This document shows positions 1-10,246 of a DNA stretch of 64,000 nucleotides, piece after piece; within the stretch, counting starts at the first letter, position 1; every line of letters starts with the position of its first letter. Made by a program: the position numbers and the translations under genes. Below the pieces are notes generated by a model, which saw only the letters and a program-made list of their open reading frames with translations, had not been told where the DNA came from and did no database searches. This DNA comes from Limnothrix sp. BL-A-16 (GTDB lineage Bacteria; Cyanobacteriota; Cyanobacteriia; CACIAM-69d), in assembly GCA_041937175.2 (NCBI GenBank), contig CP166615.1, positions 4,475,750-4,539,749 of the forward strand, written 5' to 3'.

Positions 1-130
1 ATGTAAAAACAGTCCTACAAAAAATCCTACAATTTCTGACTGATCTAAACTTCCAAATTGTTATTACGAGTTTTTACTCATTTTTCTGCATTATATCTTC
101 CTACATGACTAGGACTGAAGGATCAAAAAC

Positions 131-2956
131 TTGAGCTTGCGATTGCCACTGCGAGTCATTTTAGTTGTGCCATTTGTGCTGCAAATTCTGACGGCCGTGG
201 GACTCGTTGCTTTCTTTTCCTTTAAAAATGGTCAGCAAGCAGTACGAAACTTAGCCAGTCAGCTCATGGATAGCACCACCCAGCGAGTTGACTCAGAACT
301 CAAGTCTTATCTGAAACTGCCTAAGCAATTGTTGGATGCCACTGCCAAAGCCGTCCTGACCAATCAATTAGATCTATCTAATCCACGAGCAAGGGAACTC
401 TATTTTTGGCGGCAGTCCTCCGCATTTGAATCTATTAGCTATATTGGCTACTTGTTGCCAGACGGTTCAGCGGCTGGGGCTGGAAGATGGATTAATCCCA
501 AGGAGGTTACTCTGTATGAGTATCATGCCAAAAACAATCTATCTCAAGAATATAGTAGCGATCAGTATGGTCGCCGTTCTCAAGAATTGCAGCGTTATTT
601 TGCCGACCCTCTTGATATTAATCAATCTTATGCAGAAGTTAAATATAGACGAGGATTCTCTTGGGGAACAGTTTATGAATATGCAGGAAAAAACTTGACT
701 ATTAATCCGAATTTATCTTCTGAGGTTGCTCAGGCGATCACTGATTCTAATTATTACGTTGCTCTTGGTGCAATTTATCCACTATTTGATAAAAACAATA
801 AAATTTCAGGGATGTTGTCAGTTGACCTGCAATTAGATCATATCAGTAAATTTTTGCAGAATCTAAAAATCAGTCCATCTGGTTATATTTTCATTGTTGA
901 ACGCAATGGCCAATTAATTGCTAGCTCTGGTCGGCAACTGGTCTTTGCAAAATTAGGCGATCAAAAAACACTTCGCTATAGCGTTAACAATATCCCTGAC
1001 GCAACAATTCAGAACACGGCTCGAAAAGTTCAACAACAACTCGGCAACTTCCAAGAAATTCATCAGGGTCATACATTCATGACCTCAATTAATCAGCGCC
1101 AGCAATTTGTGCAAGTAACCCCCTGGCAGGATCCGGATGGCATCGATTGGCTCATCATTATCACAGTGCCAGAGTCAGATTTTATGGAGGCCATTGATGC
1201 CAACACACGCATGAGCCTATGGCTCTGTTTTGGGACGGCTGTAATCGTCACTGTCTTGAGCATCTGCACGGCAAATTGGATCACCAACCCTGTTTTTAGC
1301 TTGCAGAGGGCAAGTAACGCGATCGCTAGTGGCAATCTTAATTTACTGATTAAGGAGAGTAATATTGTTGAGCTTCAAGGCTTGGCGAAATCTTTTAATC
1401 AAATGGCAACTCAGCTAAAGCATTCCTTTGAAGTTTTAGAGGATCGCGTGGCGGAAAGAACTGCGGAATTAGAAGCTGCAAAAATTGCGGCCGATGCAGC
1501 CAATCATGCCAAGAGTGAATTTCTGGCAAATATGAGCCATGAACTGCGAACGCCACTGAATGGCATCTTAGGCTATGCCCAAATTTTGGCGCGATCGAAA
1601 GCGCTCACTGATAAAGATCTACATGGCATTGATGTTATTTATCAATGTGGTTCTCATTTGCTGACTCTCATTGAGGACATTCTGGATCTGGCTAAAATTG
1701 AAGCTCGAAAGCTGGAACTTGACCCAAAACCAGTTCACTTGGAAACTTTCCTCCAGGGGGTAATTGAAATTTGTCGAGTTCGTGCAGATCAAAAAAATAT
1801 CGAATTTTACTATCAACCAGACCCTAATCTACCAATAGGAATTTTAGTAGATGAAAAACGCTTAAGACAGGTACTCATTAATCTAATTGGTAATGCTATT
1901 AAATTTACTGATCATGGTTCCGTTACCTTAATGATTAATCGAGTGGTTTCTGACTCATCCCATCAGTCTCAGCTTGATTTAATCACTCAAGATCACTGCT
2001 GTTTGGAATTTAAAATTATTGATACAGGAATTGGTATTGCACCAAAAGATATCCAGAAATTATTCCGATCCTTTGAGCAAGTGGGTGAATCAGGGCGAAA
2101 AACAGCAGGCACCGGTTTGGGCCTGGCGATTAGCCAAAAAATCGTCTCCCTGATGGGTGGAATGATTCAAATTAAGAGCCAACTGGGCGCAGGAAGTCAG
2201 TTTTTCTTTCAACTGAATGTTCCCCTGGCGACAGATTGGTTGCAGGAGTCGGTGCAATCCATGGGTGAAGTGGTGGGTTATCAAGGTCTGCAACGCTCCA
2301 TTTTGATTGTTGATGACATTCCAGACAATCGAGCTGTTTTGCGGAATTTGTTGGAGCCAGTTGGCTTTGTAATCATAGAAGCGGATCAAGGACAACAGGC
2401 TTTACAGGAATTGGAACGTCAACCACCCGATTTGATCATTACGGATTTGTCAATGCCTGTAATGGATGGGTTTGAACTGATTCGACAGATCCGTCGTCAT
2501 CAACAATGGGCTAGCTTAAAGGTCATTGTTTCGTCGGCCTCCGTGTCCCAGCTCGATCGACAAATGAGTTTAGATGTTGGTGGTGATGATTTTCTGGAAA
2601 AGCCCGTCAAGGCCGATCGCCTCTTTAGTCTTCTGGCTCAACATTTGGATGTGATTTGGCAACTGAAAAAGCAGGATTTAGCGCAGCCTGTGCCACTCGA
2701 TAGCTCACAAAACCGAATCGCGCCCCCTCTCACGGAATTACAATCCTGGTTGTATTTGGTGCAGGTCGGTCGTCTTCAAAAGTTGGTCACTGCGGTGGAA
2801 TCACTGCTGCAAAAATCTGCCACAACCCAAGATGAGCACCTGAATTCCGGTTCCTATGAGCCTTTTGCGCAAGATGTGCTGCATTTAGCTGAGCGGTTTA
2901 AATTAGAAGAGCTTGAAGAAATGATTCAGAATGCGATTGTTAATGCCCAGGATTGA
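131..2956 (+). CDS. Membrane hybrid sensor histidine kinase (Cache-like periplasmic domain, HAMP, HisKA, HATPase, receiver)
   Basis: Two TM segments flank an extracellular domain; H-box [37 protein letters not shown] boxes; C-terminal ILIVDD...DLSMPVMDG receiver. TTG start. Confidence 0.93.
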   Translation: MSLRLPLRVILVVPFVLQILTAVGLVAFFSFKNGQQAVRNLASQLMDSTTQRVDSELKSYLKLPKQLLDATAKAVLTNQLDLSNPRARELYFWRQSSAFESISYIGYLLPDGSAAGAGRWINPKEVTLYEYHAKNNLSQEYSSDQYGRRSQELQRYFADPLDINQSYAEVKYRRGFSWGTVYEYAGKNLTINPNLSSEVAQAITDSNYYVALGAIYPLFDKNNKISGMLSVDLQLDHISKFLQNLKISPSGYIFIVERNGQLIASSGRQLVFAKLGDQKTLRYSVNNIPDATIQNTARKVQQQLGNFQEIHQGHTFMTSINQRQQFVQVTPWQDPDGIDWLIIITVPESDFMEAIDANTRMSLWLCFGTAVIVTVLSICTANWITNPVFSLQRASNAIASGNLNLLIKESNIVELQGLAKSFNQMATQLKHSFEVLEDRVAERTAELEAAKIAADAANHAKSEFLANMSHELRTPLNGILGYAQILARSKALTDKDLHGIDVIYQCGSHLLTLIEDILDLAKIEARKLELDPKPVHLETFLQGVIEICRVRADQKNIEFYYQPDPNLPIGILVDEKRLRQVLINLIGNAIKFTDHGSVTLMINRVVSDSSHQSQLDLITQDHCCLEFKIIDTGIGIAPKDIQKLFRSFEQVGESGRKTAGTGLGLAISQKIVSLMGGMIQIKSQLGAGSQFFFQLNVPLATDWLQESVQSMGEVVGYQGLQRSILIVDDIPDNRAVLRNLLEPVGFVIIEADQGQQALQELERQPPDLIITDLSMPVMDGFELIRQIRRHQQWASLKVIVSSASVSQLDRQMSLDVGGDDFLEKPVKADRLFSLLAQHLDVIWQLKKQDLAQPVPLDSSQNRIAPPLTELQSWLYLVQVGRLQKLVTAVESLLQKSATTQDEHLNSGSYEPFAQDVLHLAERFKLEELEEMIQNAIVNAQD

Positions 2957-3282
2957 TCCCCCGATCGCTACTATTCATAGGGACTAATGGGAATTTTGAA
3001 CCAAGGCTTTGAAAGCCTCAAAATATCATTGATGAGTAACAATCCGTTAATTGATCAAAAGCTTAGAGGAATTGAAGCTATGATCAATGAGCCAAAAATC
3101 CATGCATTGACATTTGATGTATCAAAGATAACGTTCAATGTCAAAAATTATACCTGGCTAAATGTGAGTTTGATCAAATTAAAACTTAATTAAAGAAATA
3201 TAAATTGTAAATTAGGCGCAAATTGACGCTTTGATTAATTATTTTTGATTGAAAGATCACTGTTGACTGGCTGGGTTGCCTG

Positions 3283-4572
3283 ATGCGAACTATGACGGAT
3301 CTTGTGTTGATTGTTGATGACACACCTACTAATTTAGATGTGTTGTCTTTGACCTTGAGTAATTCAGGATTTGAGGTGGCGATCGCAACGAGTGGTGAAC
3401 GTGCTTTGCAGCAAGTTGCCAGGTGTTTGCCCAGCCTGATTTTGCTGGATGTCATGATGCCGGGACTGGATGGATTTGAAACCTGTCGCCGGTTAAAAGA
3501 AAATCCTGAAACTGCTCAAGTGCCGGTTATTTTTATGACCGCGCTCACGGATATTAAAAGCAAGATGCGTGGGCTGGAAGTTGGAGCCGTTGACTATATT
3601 ACAAAACCGTTTCACACCAAAGAAGTACTGGCTCGAATTAGAACCCATTTAAGGCTTTATCATTTAACAGAAAAGTTAGCCCAAGAAGTTGAAAACGCGA
3701 CCGCTGAGCTACGAGCCTCGCAGATGCAGCTTGTGCAGAGTGAGAAAATGTCTGCACTGGGAAGCCTCATTGCTGGTGTGGCCCATGAAATCAATAATCC
3801 TGTGGGCTGCATTCTCGGAAATATTCAGTTGGCAGAAGATGCGCTAAATGATTTATTCAAAGTGATTAGAGGCTATCAACAGGAGCTGAAGGAACCGAGT
3901 CTTGAGCTATTGAAATTGCTGGCTCAGATCGATTTGGATTATTTACAGGAAGATTTGCCAAAGTTGCTGAATTCGATTAAAGGCAGTGGTGAAAGAATTA
4001 CGACAATTAGTCGTAGTCTGCGAACTTTTTCTAGAATGGGAAGCGATCGCCCACAGCTTTTTAATGTGCATGATGGTATTGACAGTACATTGATGATTTT
4101 GCGCCATCGACTAATTTATAAGAAAGGCCGTCCGGTCATCGAAGTGGTGACAGATTATGGCGAAATCCCAGATATTTTGTGTTTTCCAGATCAGTTAAAT
4201 CAAGTTTTTATGAATATTTTAGCGAATGCCATTGACGCGCTGGATGAAATGGTCAGTGATTGGCAAGAGGCTAATTCGCTACCAGATGTACTGAAAATTA
4301 CAATTAGGACTCGGGTTGATGGCGAGTTTTTGTCTATTAAGATTAGTGATAACGGCAAGGGAATTCCAGAGAAAATTAAGCCCCGAATCTTTGAGCATTT
4401 GTTTACGACGAAGCAAATTGGCAAAGGAACGGGTTTGGGACTGGCGATCGCCCATCAAATTGTGACTGAAAAGCACCTGGGCACTTTGACGGTGGAGTCT
4501 CAAGTGGGGCAAGGTACTGAGTTTGAAATTCGCTTGCCCACTCAGCTAGACGTTGAACCTGAGCCTGCTTAA
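3283..4572 (+). CDS. Response regulator receiver-histidine kinase hybrid (REC-HisKA-HATPase)
   Basis: N-terminal LIVDD...LLDVMMPGLDG receiver; AGVAHEINNP H-box; NILANAIDA, DNGKGI, GTGLGL. Confidence 0.93.
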   Translation: MRTMTDLVLIVDDTPTNLDVLSLTLSNSGFEVAIATSGERALQQVARCLPSLILLDVMMPGLDGFETCRRLKENPETAQVPVIFMTALTDIKSKMRGLEVGAVDYITKPFHTKEVLARIRTHLRLYHLTEKLAQEVENATAELRASQMQLVQSEKMSALGSLIAGVAHEINNPVGCILGNIQLAEDALNDLFKVIRGYQQELKEPSLELLKLLAQIDLDYLQEDLPKLLNSIKGSGERITTISRSLRTFSRMGSDRPQLFNVHDGIDSTLMILRHRLIYKKGRPVIEVVTDYGEIPDILCFPDQLNQVFMNILANAIDALDEMVSDWQEANSLPDVLKITIRTRVDGEFLSIKISDNGKGIPEKIKPRIFEHLFTTKQIGKGTGLGLAIAHQIVTEKHLGTLTVESQVGQGTEFEIRLPTQLDVEPEPA

Positions 4573-4662
4573 TGGCTGGGCTGCTGAGAATTTGAGGGAT
4601 TGTTGAGCACCAGATGCGTGGCTTGGGTGGTTCCCCCATGCATAGGCAGCCGGTGCTCAGAT

Positions 4663-5355
4663 TTAGCTTTTGGTGAGACCATGCTCCAGGGCAAAGCGGA
4701 CTAATTCGGTGCGGCTGTTAGTGCCGGTTTTGCTGAATAGGCGGCTGACGTACTTTTCCACATTGCGCACGCTGGTATCTAACCGGCGGGCAATTTCCTT
4801 GTTCATTAGCCCCTCGGCTACCAAATTCAAAACGCTTTGTTCCCGAGGGGTCAAGTCCACGGCGATCGGGGGCGGGGTGGGGGTGATGCCGCCGCGTTGG
4901 GTCAAGATGGCTTTGATTTCCGCAATTTGCCGAGCCAAATCAGCAATGTCATGCTCACCATCGCCGGTTGGGGCGGTCACTTCGTCCCGTCGGCGCAGCA
5001 GGTTTTCGACGATCGCCACCAGTTCATCGGGGTCAAAGGGTTTGGATAAATAGGCATCGCAACCGGCGCTATAGCCTTGGATGCGATCGCCCGTCATGCC
5101 CTTGGCGGTCAAGAAAACCACGGGAATCGATCGAAACCGGGCATCATCCCGCAACTGCTGCAAAAACTGGTAGCCATCCACCTTGGGCATCATCACATCG
5201 GAAATGACGAGATCCGGGGCAAATTGCTGCACCATTTCCCATCCTTCGGTGGCATCGCGGGCAACGCGCACCGTGAAACCACTGTCCTCTAGGTAGGCTT
5301 GCACCGCTTCCCGGAGGCTGGGTTCATCATCAACTAACAGCAATTGAGCAGACAT
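4663..5355 (-). CDS. NarL/LuxR-family two-component response regulator (Ycf29-like)
   Basis: LLVDDE receiver plus C-terminal LTPREQSVLNLVAEGLMNKEIARRL HTH. Confidence 0.92.
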   Translation of the reverse strand: MSAQLLLVDDEPSLREAVQAYLEDSGFTVRVARDATEGWEMVQQFAPDLVISDVMMPKVDGYQFLQQLRDDARFRSIPVVFLTAKGMTGDRIQGYSAGCDAYLSKPFDPDELVAIVENLLRRRDEVTAPTGDGEHDIADLARQIAEIKAILTQRGGITPTPPPIAVDLTPREQSVLNLVAEGLMNKEIARRLDTSVRNVEKYVSRLFSKTGTNSRTELVRFALEHGLTKS

Positions 5356-5451
5356 GGGACTGAGAAAAAAGGAAGGAGGAACGGAAAAAGCGGGACAACG
5401 GGGACAACCACTAGCCCAGGGGCCGATCGAGTCGGTTGGGAATCCTGAATC

Positions 5452-6375
5452 CTAGCCTAGCGGTTGTGGGTGCAGGGCTATCGATCGCGTGGTGGCGTTC
5501 GTGGCTGGGTTGCGCTGGGCCAGGGCGGCCCAGGTGGGCGCATCTGCCAGGCCGGTGGGGGCCAAACCCCGATCGCCCTGGAACTGATGCAGGGCGGTGG
5601 CGGTGGTTGCGTCAAAGTGGCCGGTGATGCGGTGGTCAAAGTAGCCTCGGCAGCGGAGGCGGGCTTGCAGTTCGGCCACCCAAGGCCCCCGATCGCCCGT
5701 TTGCAGGGGCCGATCGGGCCGGATCGGCGCAACGGTGGGTCTGGGGGGTGGGCTGGGCCGTTGGGGGTTGCCTTCCACCCAACGCCAAACCCTGGCATCG
5801 GCAATGCCGGTGATCGACACACCCCAGGCCCGCTGTAACTTGCGAACGGCTCGATCGGTCAAGGGGCCGTAATAACCCGGTTGATAGGGCGCGCGCAACA
5901 GGCCCTGGCGCTGGAGGGCGGCTTGCAGAATAGCCACGCGATCGCCCCGCTGACCGGGATAGAGGGTCGATCGGCTGGGGGGCGCTTGTCCTTGGGGCCA
6001 AGGGTCGGCCGGCAAAGGACGCGCGGGAGTTGCTTGCCGATCGCGGCTAATAGTTTTGGCCAGGCGATCGACGGCGTGATTGGCGCTGGTGGGTGTTGTG
6101 TCCGGTGGCAAGGGGCGATCGTAGCCGGGCCCGTAGGCCAAGCCGCGATATTTCAGCACCACCGATCGGGGCCAGGGCCAAGCCGCCAACCCTGCCGCCA
6201 GCATTGAGCGCCCCGCTTGCAGCACAAACTCACAGCCTCGGTATTTGCCGAAATATTGGCCGATCGTCGCGGAATCACTGACCCTAGATGGCAGCATCGA
6301 GGGGCGATCGGGTTTGTCCGGGGCAATGCTGGGGGCCGGGCGTTGATAGGCCAGACCTCGATATTTCAACTCCAT
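5452..6375 (-). CDS. Peptidoglycan-binding domain protein with three N-terminal KYRG (DUF4278-like) motifs
   Basis: Probable start MELKYRGLAY (ATG at 6375; ORF track extends to 6411). Two PG_binding_1-like repeats: G.RG.rV..LQ..L...G.......G.yg..T..Av...Q...G...TG.AD...W. Confidence 0.75.
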   Translation of the reverse strand: MELKYRGLAYQRPAPSIAPDKPDRPSMLPSRVSDSATIGQYFGKYRGCEFVLQAGRSMLAAGLAAWPWPRSVVLKYRGLAYGPGYDRPLPPDTTPTSANHAVDRLAKTISRDRQATPARPLPADPWPQGQAPPSRSTLYPGQRGDRVAILQAALQRQGLLRAPYQPGYYGPLTDRAVRKLQRAWGVSITGIADARVWRWVEGNPQRPSPPPRPTVAPIRPDRPLQTGDRGPWVAELQARLRCRGYFDHRITGHFDATTATALHQFQGDRGLAPTGLADAPTWAALAQRNPATNATTRSIALHPQPLG

Positions 6376-6411
6376 GCCTTGATTTAATCCGATGGCGAAA
6401 CGGGATGCCAA

Positions 6412-7377
6412 TTACCGATTGGCTCCGCTGATTCCTGGCCGGCCGTACTGGCGCAAAATATCCGCCAGGGTGGGATAGGCCGTTTCCAGGCCAAAGCTGG
6501 CCGGCGACCAAACTTGGTCATAGGTAAAGTGCCGGTAGGCCATGCAGAACCGATCCCAAGGGCCCATCTGAATGTTGAACCAGTCAATTAGCCGATCGGC
6601 CAAGCCCACCGACAGGGGAATTTTTAGCCGCGCCGGTCGCCCCTTCAGCACCGTGGAGGCAATGTCCACCAGTTCATTGGCCGTGAGGGCCGGCTGACCC
6701 AAAACAAAATGGCGCGGCCCCGGTTCCGTCGGTGGATTGAGGGCCAAATGGGCCACCACCCGGGCAATATCCGCCGCATGGACAAAGTGAAAACTACCGT
6801 CCACCTGTAGCCGCCGGATTAAGCTGATGTAGCGCAGGGCTTCCGGCAGGCCTTTGGTGGGTTCCGAGTAGGGTTTATCGCGATCGCCCCCGAGCACGAT
6901 CGTCGGATAAACGGCGGTGATTCGATCGGCCAGCGCGCGATCGGTCAATTGCTGGGTGCATTCCGCCTTGCTGCGAATGTAGTCCGTGCCGAGTTGCAGG
7001 GCTTCCGAGAGCAAATGCCCGTCGCGCCCAAGCACGCTAGCCGTGGAGAAATACAAAACCTGATCGCAGCGATCGGGAGCCAGCCCATCCATCAGCGCTT
7101 GGTTTTGACCCACGTTCACCGCAAAGGTTTCGGGCCCGCCCCAGCAGGTGGCCGCCAGAATTGCCGTTTGCACCTGTTTCAGGCGATCGGCAAAGCGATC
7201 AAGCTCCCGCAAATCCCCTGCCAGCACCTCAATTTGCGGGTGATTTTGCCAATCAAATTGCAACTTTTCGGGACTGCGCACCAACAACCACAGGGGGCGA
7301 TCGGTCAATTGCAACAGGCGATCAACCAAGTAATGGCCCACACAGCCGCTCGCCCCCGTGATCAAAATCGGCCCCAT
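6412..7377 (-). CDS. NAD-dependent epimerase/dehydratase family protein (extended SDR)
   Basis: ILITGASGCVG Rossmann motif; YFSTAS and YIRSK (YxxxK) catalytic motifs. Confidence 0.88.
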   Translation of the reverse strand: MGPILITGASGCVGHYLVDRLLQLTDRPLWLLVRSPEKLQFDWQNHPQIEVLAGDLRELDRFADRLKQVQTAILAATCWGGPETFAVNVGQNQALMDGLAPDRCDQVLYFSTASVLGRDGHLLSEALQLGTDYIRSKAECTQQLTDRALADRITAVYPTIVLGGDRDKPYSEPTKGLPEALRYISLIRRLQVDGSFHFVHAADIARVVAHLALNPPTEPGPRHFVLGQPALTANELVDIASTVLKGRPARLKIPLSVGLADRLIDWFNIQMGPWDRFCMAYRHFTYDQVWSPASFGLETAYPTLADILRQYGRPGISGANR

Positions 7378-7479
7378 ATGGCTTGGTTGCTCCCCGCCCC
7401 GATCGGCTTGTGCTGAATCAGATCAAGCAATCTTAACAGACCGCTGTAAATCCCTCACAATCGCGACGACACAAGGGCT

Positions 7480-8115
7480 TCAGCAGCCGCAGCGATCGCT
7501 CCGCTGGCCCCACCGTTGCCCGCGCCCCGAACCATGGCCCCGGCGATAGCGACCTTGGCCACAGCCGCCACCCGCGACGGCCACCATTTCCGCCGATTCT
7601 GGCCAATGTTCGGCAGGGCTGGAAGGGGCTAGGTCGATCGTGATCCAGGCGGTTTCTGGGGTAACGGCGATCGATGGGGATGATTGAACCGGCCCACCCG
7701 AAGCCGAGCGATCGGCACAACGTTGGAAAGCCTGCAGGTGATTTTGTTGGGAAGCCCGCTGCAAATTCAAAAACACCCGCTGCACGTCGGGATAGTTGCG
7801 CGTGGCTGCCAGCAACCGCCGATACATTTCAGCATTTTCAATTTCACCTGCAACCCCCGCTTGGCAGGCCGCCGCGATCGATTCTGGGGAAGTGACCCGT
7901 TGGGGCCATTCATCCACAGGAACAGGAATGTTGTATTTCCAGAACAACGGCAGCAGGGCCCGAATATGTCGTTCTTCGGAAGCCAAAATGTTAACAAAAG
8001 GACGGATCGGGCCAAATTTCTGAATGACCAGTCGATAGGTGGCTCGGGCCTTAAATTCATCATTCAAAGCTTCAATTAATGCCGCAGCCAATACCGCTTG
8101 CATTGCAATCTCCAT
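7480..8115 (-). CDS. Ferritin-like (DUF2202-like) four-helix-bundle protein with Gly/Arg/Cys-rich C-terminal tail
   Basis: ALNDEFKARATY...SEERH...GEIENAEMY...SQQNHLQAF pattern of carboxylate/His diiron-type ligands. Confidence 0.72.
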   Translation of the reverse strand: MEIAMQAVLAAALIEALNDEFKARATYRLVIQKFGPIRPFVNILASEERHIRALLPLFWKYNIPVPVDEWPQRVTSPESIAAACQAGVAGEIENAEMYRRLLAATRNYPDVQRVFLNLQRASQQNHLQAFQRCADRSASGGPVQSSPSIAVTPETAWITIDLAPSSPAEHWPESAEMVAVAGGGCGQGRYRRGHGSGRGQRWGQRSDRCGC

Positions 8116-8158
8116 TGATAAAAATTGTTAAATGAATCACCGACATTTTGTAGAAACA

Positions 8159-8183
8159 AACCTACCCAGAAACTGGGTAGGTT
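8159..8183 (-). terminator. Hairpin downstream of feoA (putative terminator)
   Basis: AACCTACCCAG-AAA-CTGGGTAGGTT perfect stem, followed on the minus strand by TGTTTCT. Confidence 0.5.
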
Positions 8184-8229
8184 CAGAGGAAGGCGAATAG
8201 GAGTGGGTGCTAAAAATTAGCGATGGGAG

Positions 8230-8460
8230 TTAAGCAGTTTGTTCTGGCGTGACAAAAATGCATTGCACCGTTTCCCGATCGAGTGCGGCCCGGGTGCGAC
8301 CAATGCTGACGATATAGGACGGAAACCGCTGCTCGATCGCAATTTGATTTCCCGGCAAAATGCCCAGCGCTGTGAGTTTGCGGAGCATGGCATCATCCTG
8401 GGTTTCCAAATGGGCAATCCAATGGGGATCGCTCGATCGAATCGTGGATAAAGCATTCAT
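8230..8460 (-). CDS. feoA: Ferrous iron transport protein A
   Basis: 76 aa; LRKLTALGILPG...IEQRFPSYIVSIGRTRAALD is typical of the FeoA SH3-like fold; adjacent to feoB. Confidence 0.88.
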   Translation of the reverse strand: MNALSTIRSSDPHWIAHLETQDDAMLRKLTALGILPGNQIAIEQRFPSYIVSIGRTRAALDRETVQCIFVTPEQTA

Positions 8461-8514
8461 GGCAATCAGTCTCCAGAGGTGAAAAACAGGTTAGGACGAA
8501 TAGGATTGCTCAGG

Positions 8515-8640
8515 GTTGAAAAGGTTGATTTTCTATAGCCTAATCGTCCTAGACAAGGGGCTTAAGCCCCTTGCTTCCCACGAGCCGCTAACGGCAGATC
8601 TAGGGCTTCGGTCTAAAGACGACAGGCCCTAAGCCCCTTG
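8515..8640. repeat. Left-truncated copy of the MITE also found at 51157-51298, including the palindrome CAAGGGGCTTAAGCCCCTTG
   Basis: Aligns by eye with ~51185-51298; ends GACGACAGGCCC-TA-AGCCCCTTG. Confidence 0.75.
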
Positions 8641-8723
8641 CCCCCCGAGATCTTGCAATGGCAGGATGCAAGCCTCGGGGATTGGATCATAACCCCTACA
8701 CCCAGCGTTCAAGCATCACTGCC

Positions 8724-10178
8724 CTAGAGCGCAATATGAAATAGGTTCAAACCCCAATTCAAAACATAGCCAACCGCCAAAGCGAAGGGGAAAATAAACA
8801 ACACCATGAGCGTTGCAGTTTTGACTCCTCGCTCCTTGATGATCATCTGCAATTGGGCAATGCAGGGCAAAAACAGCGTCAGCACCACCGCCGAAATCAG
8901 CAGTTGATCGCCCGTGAGCTGGCCGCCTTGCTGCAAATCAAACAAACCCGCAGCACCATAATCCCGCCGGAAGAATCCATAGAGCAAAATGGGTGCGGTT
9001 GCTTTAGGCAAACCCAAGCCTAGGGCGATCGGTTCAATGCCGCTAATCAGCCAATCAAAAATCCCCGTTAAGCGACCCACCCAAATAATGACCGAAGCCC
9101 AAATAAACAGCGGCAGAACTTCCCAGAAATACCACTTCATCCGCACCCAGGTTTTGGTGATCACGTTGCGGATTTTGGGCAAGCGCAAAGGGGGCAGTTC
9201 AATATAAAACTGAGCGGCAGAACCGGGCAGGAATTTATCAATTAAAAAGCCGGCCAGCAGGAAAATACCCACAATCAACCCAGCCCAGGCGACCAAGGCC
9301 GCCGGGCGCTGGGCCAAGAGACCCAAAATCACGCCCCATTGGGCTGCGCAGGGAATGGCCAAGGACAGCAAAAAGGTGGCGATCAGTCGTTCCCGCTTGG
9401 TTTCCAGGGTGCGGGTGACAATCGTGGCCATGGTGTCGCAGCCTAGCCCCAGCACGATCGGGATCACGGCTCGGCCCGAGAGACCGATCGCCTTAAATAG
9501 TCGATCGAGCATCAGGGATAAACGAGGCAAATAGCCGCTATCTTCCAGCAAGGAAAACATTAGAAAATAGGTCGCCACCACCGGCAACACGATCGCCGTG
9601 GCATAGCGAATCCCGAGGGTAATAATCCCGTACTCATGGGCAAAGAGATCCTGCAACGCGGTCCAGGGAATCACTTGCTCCGTGACATGGTTCACAACGG
9701 GGTTGATTTGTTCCTCAAAGAAGGTTTCGATCCGATCGACCAGTTCCCCGGCTCCGAATTCCCCAACGAATTTATAAACCCCCCAATAGAGCACCAACAC
9801 CAAAATGGGGAAGCCCGAAATGGGGTTCACCGTTAGCTTGTGAATCCATTCGCCCCAACGGCGCTGGCTGGGGTTCGGTTCTGCTAAGGTGTTTTGTTCG
9901 ATTACCTGGGCAAATCCTTGGCGGGTCTGGGCAATTTCCAGCGAAAGCGGTCGGTTGAGTTGGGCTTGGGTTGTGGCGATTAATTGCTCTAGATCCTGTT
10001 GTCGATCGCCCGGTAATTGCTCCCACAAATTGGGGTCTTTTTGCAGCAACAACAGGGCAAAGCTGCGGGATGACAAATGGCGATCGGCAAAGTCTTGGCC
10101 CCAGCCCGATCGCCACCAAGTTTCAATTTGGGCGATCGCCACTTCGATCGGCTCTAAATATTGGATTGTTAGACTCAT
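8724..10178 (-). CDS. feoB: Ferrous iron transporter FeoB, membrane (gate) portion without the GTPase domain
   Basis: LLEDSGYLPRL, VLGLGCD, TRTLETKRER, IPCAAQ, ELPPLRLP and TLFLPCIA are FeoB TM/gate motifs. Confidence 0.88.
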   Translation of the reverse strand: MSLTIQYLEPIEVAIAQIETWWRSGWGQDFADRHLSSRSFALLLLQKDPNLWEQLPGDRQQDLEQLIATTQAQLNRPLSLEIAQTRQGFAQVIEQNTLAEPNPSQRRWGEWIHKLTVNPISGFPILVLVLYWGVYKFVGEFGAGELVDRIETFFEEQINPVVNHVTEQVIPWTALQDLFAHEYGIITLGIRYATAIVLPVVATYFLMFSLLEDSGYLPRLSLMLDRLFKAIGLSGRAVIPIVLGLGCDTMATIVTRTLETKRERLIATFLLSLAIPCAAQWGVILGLLAQRPAALVAWAGLIVGIFLLAGFLIDKFLPGSAAQFYIELPPLRLPKIRNVITKTWVRMKWYFWEVLPLFIWASVIIWVGRLTGIFDWLISGIEPIALGLGLPKATAPILLYGFFRRDYGAAGLFDLQQGGQLTGDQLLISAVVLTLFLPCIAQLQMIIKERGVKTATLMVLFIFPFALAVGYVLNWGLNLFHIAL

Positions 10179-10246
10179 TTCTGTTTTCTATTGGCCTGCT
10201 CCTGGGCGGCCTTGATAGTTCAGCAATCGTTCAGCGATGGCACGCT

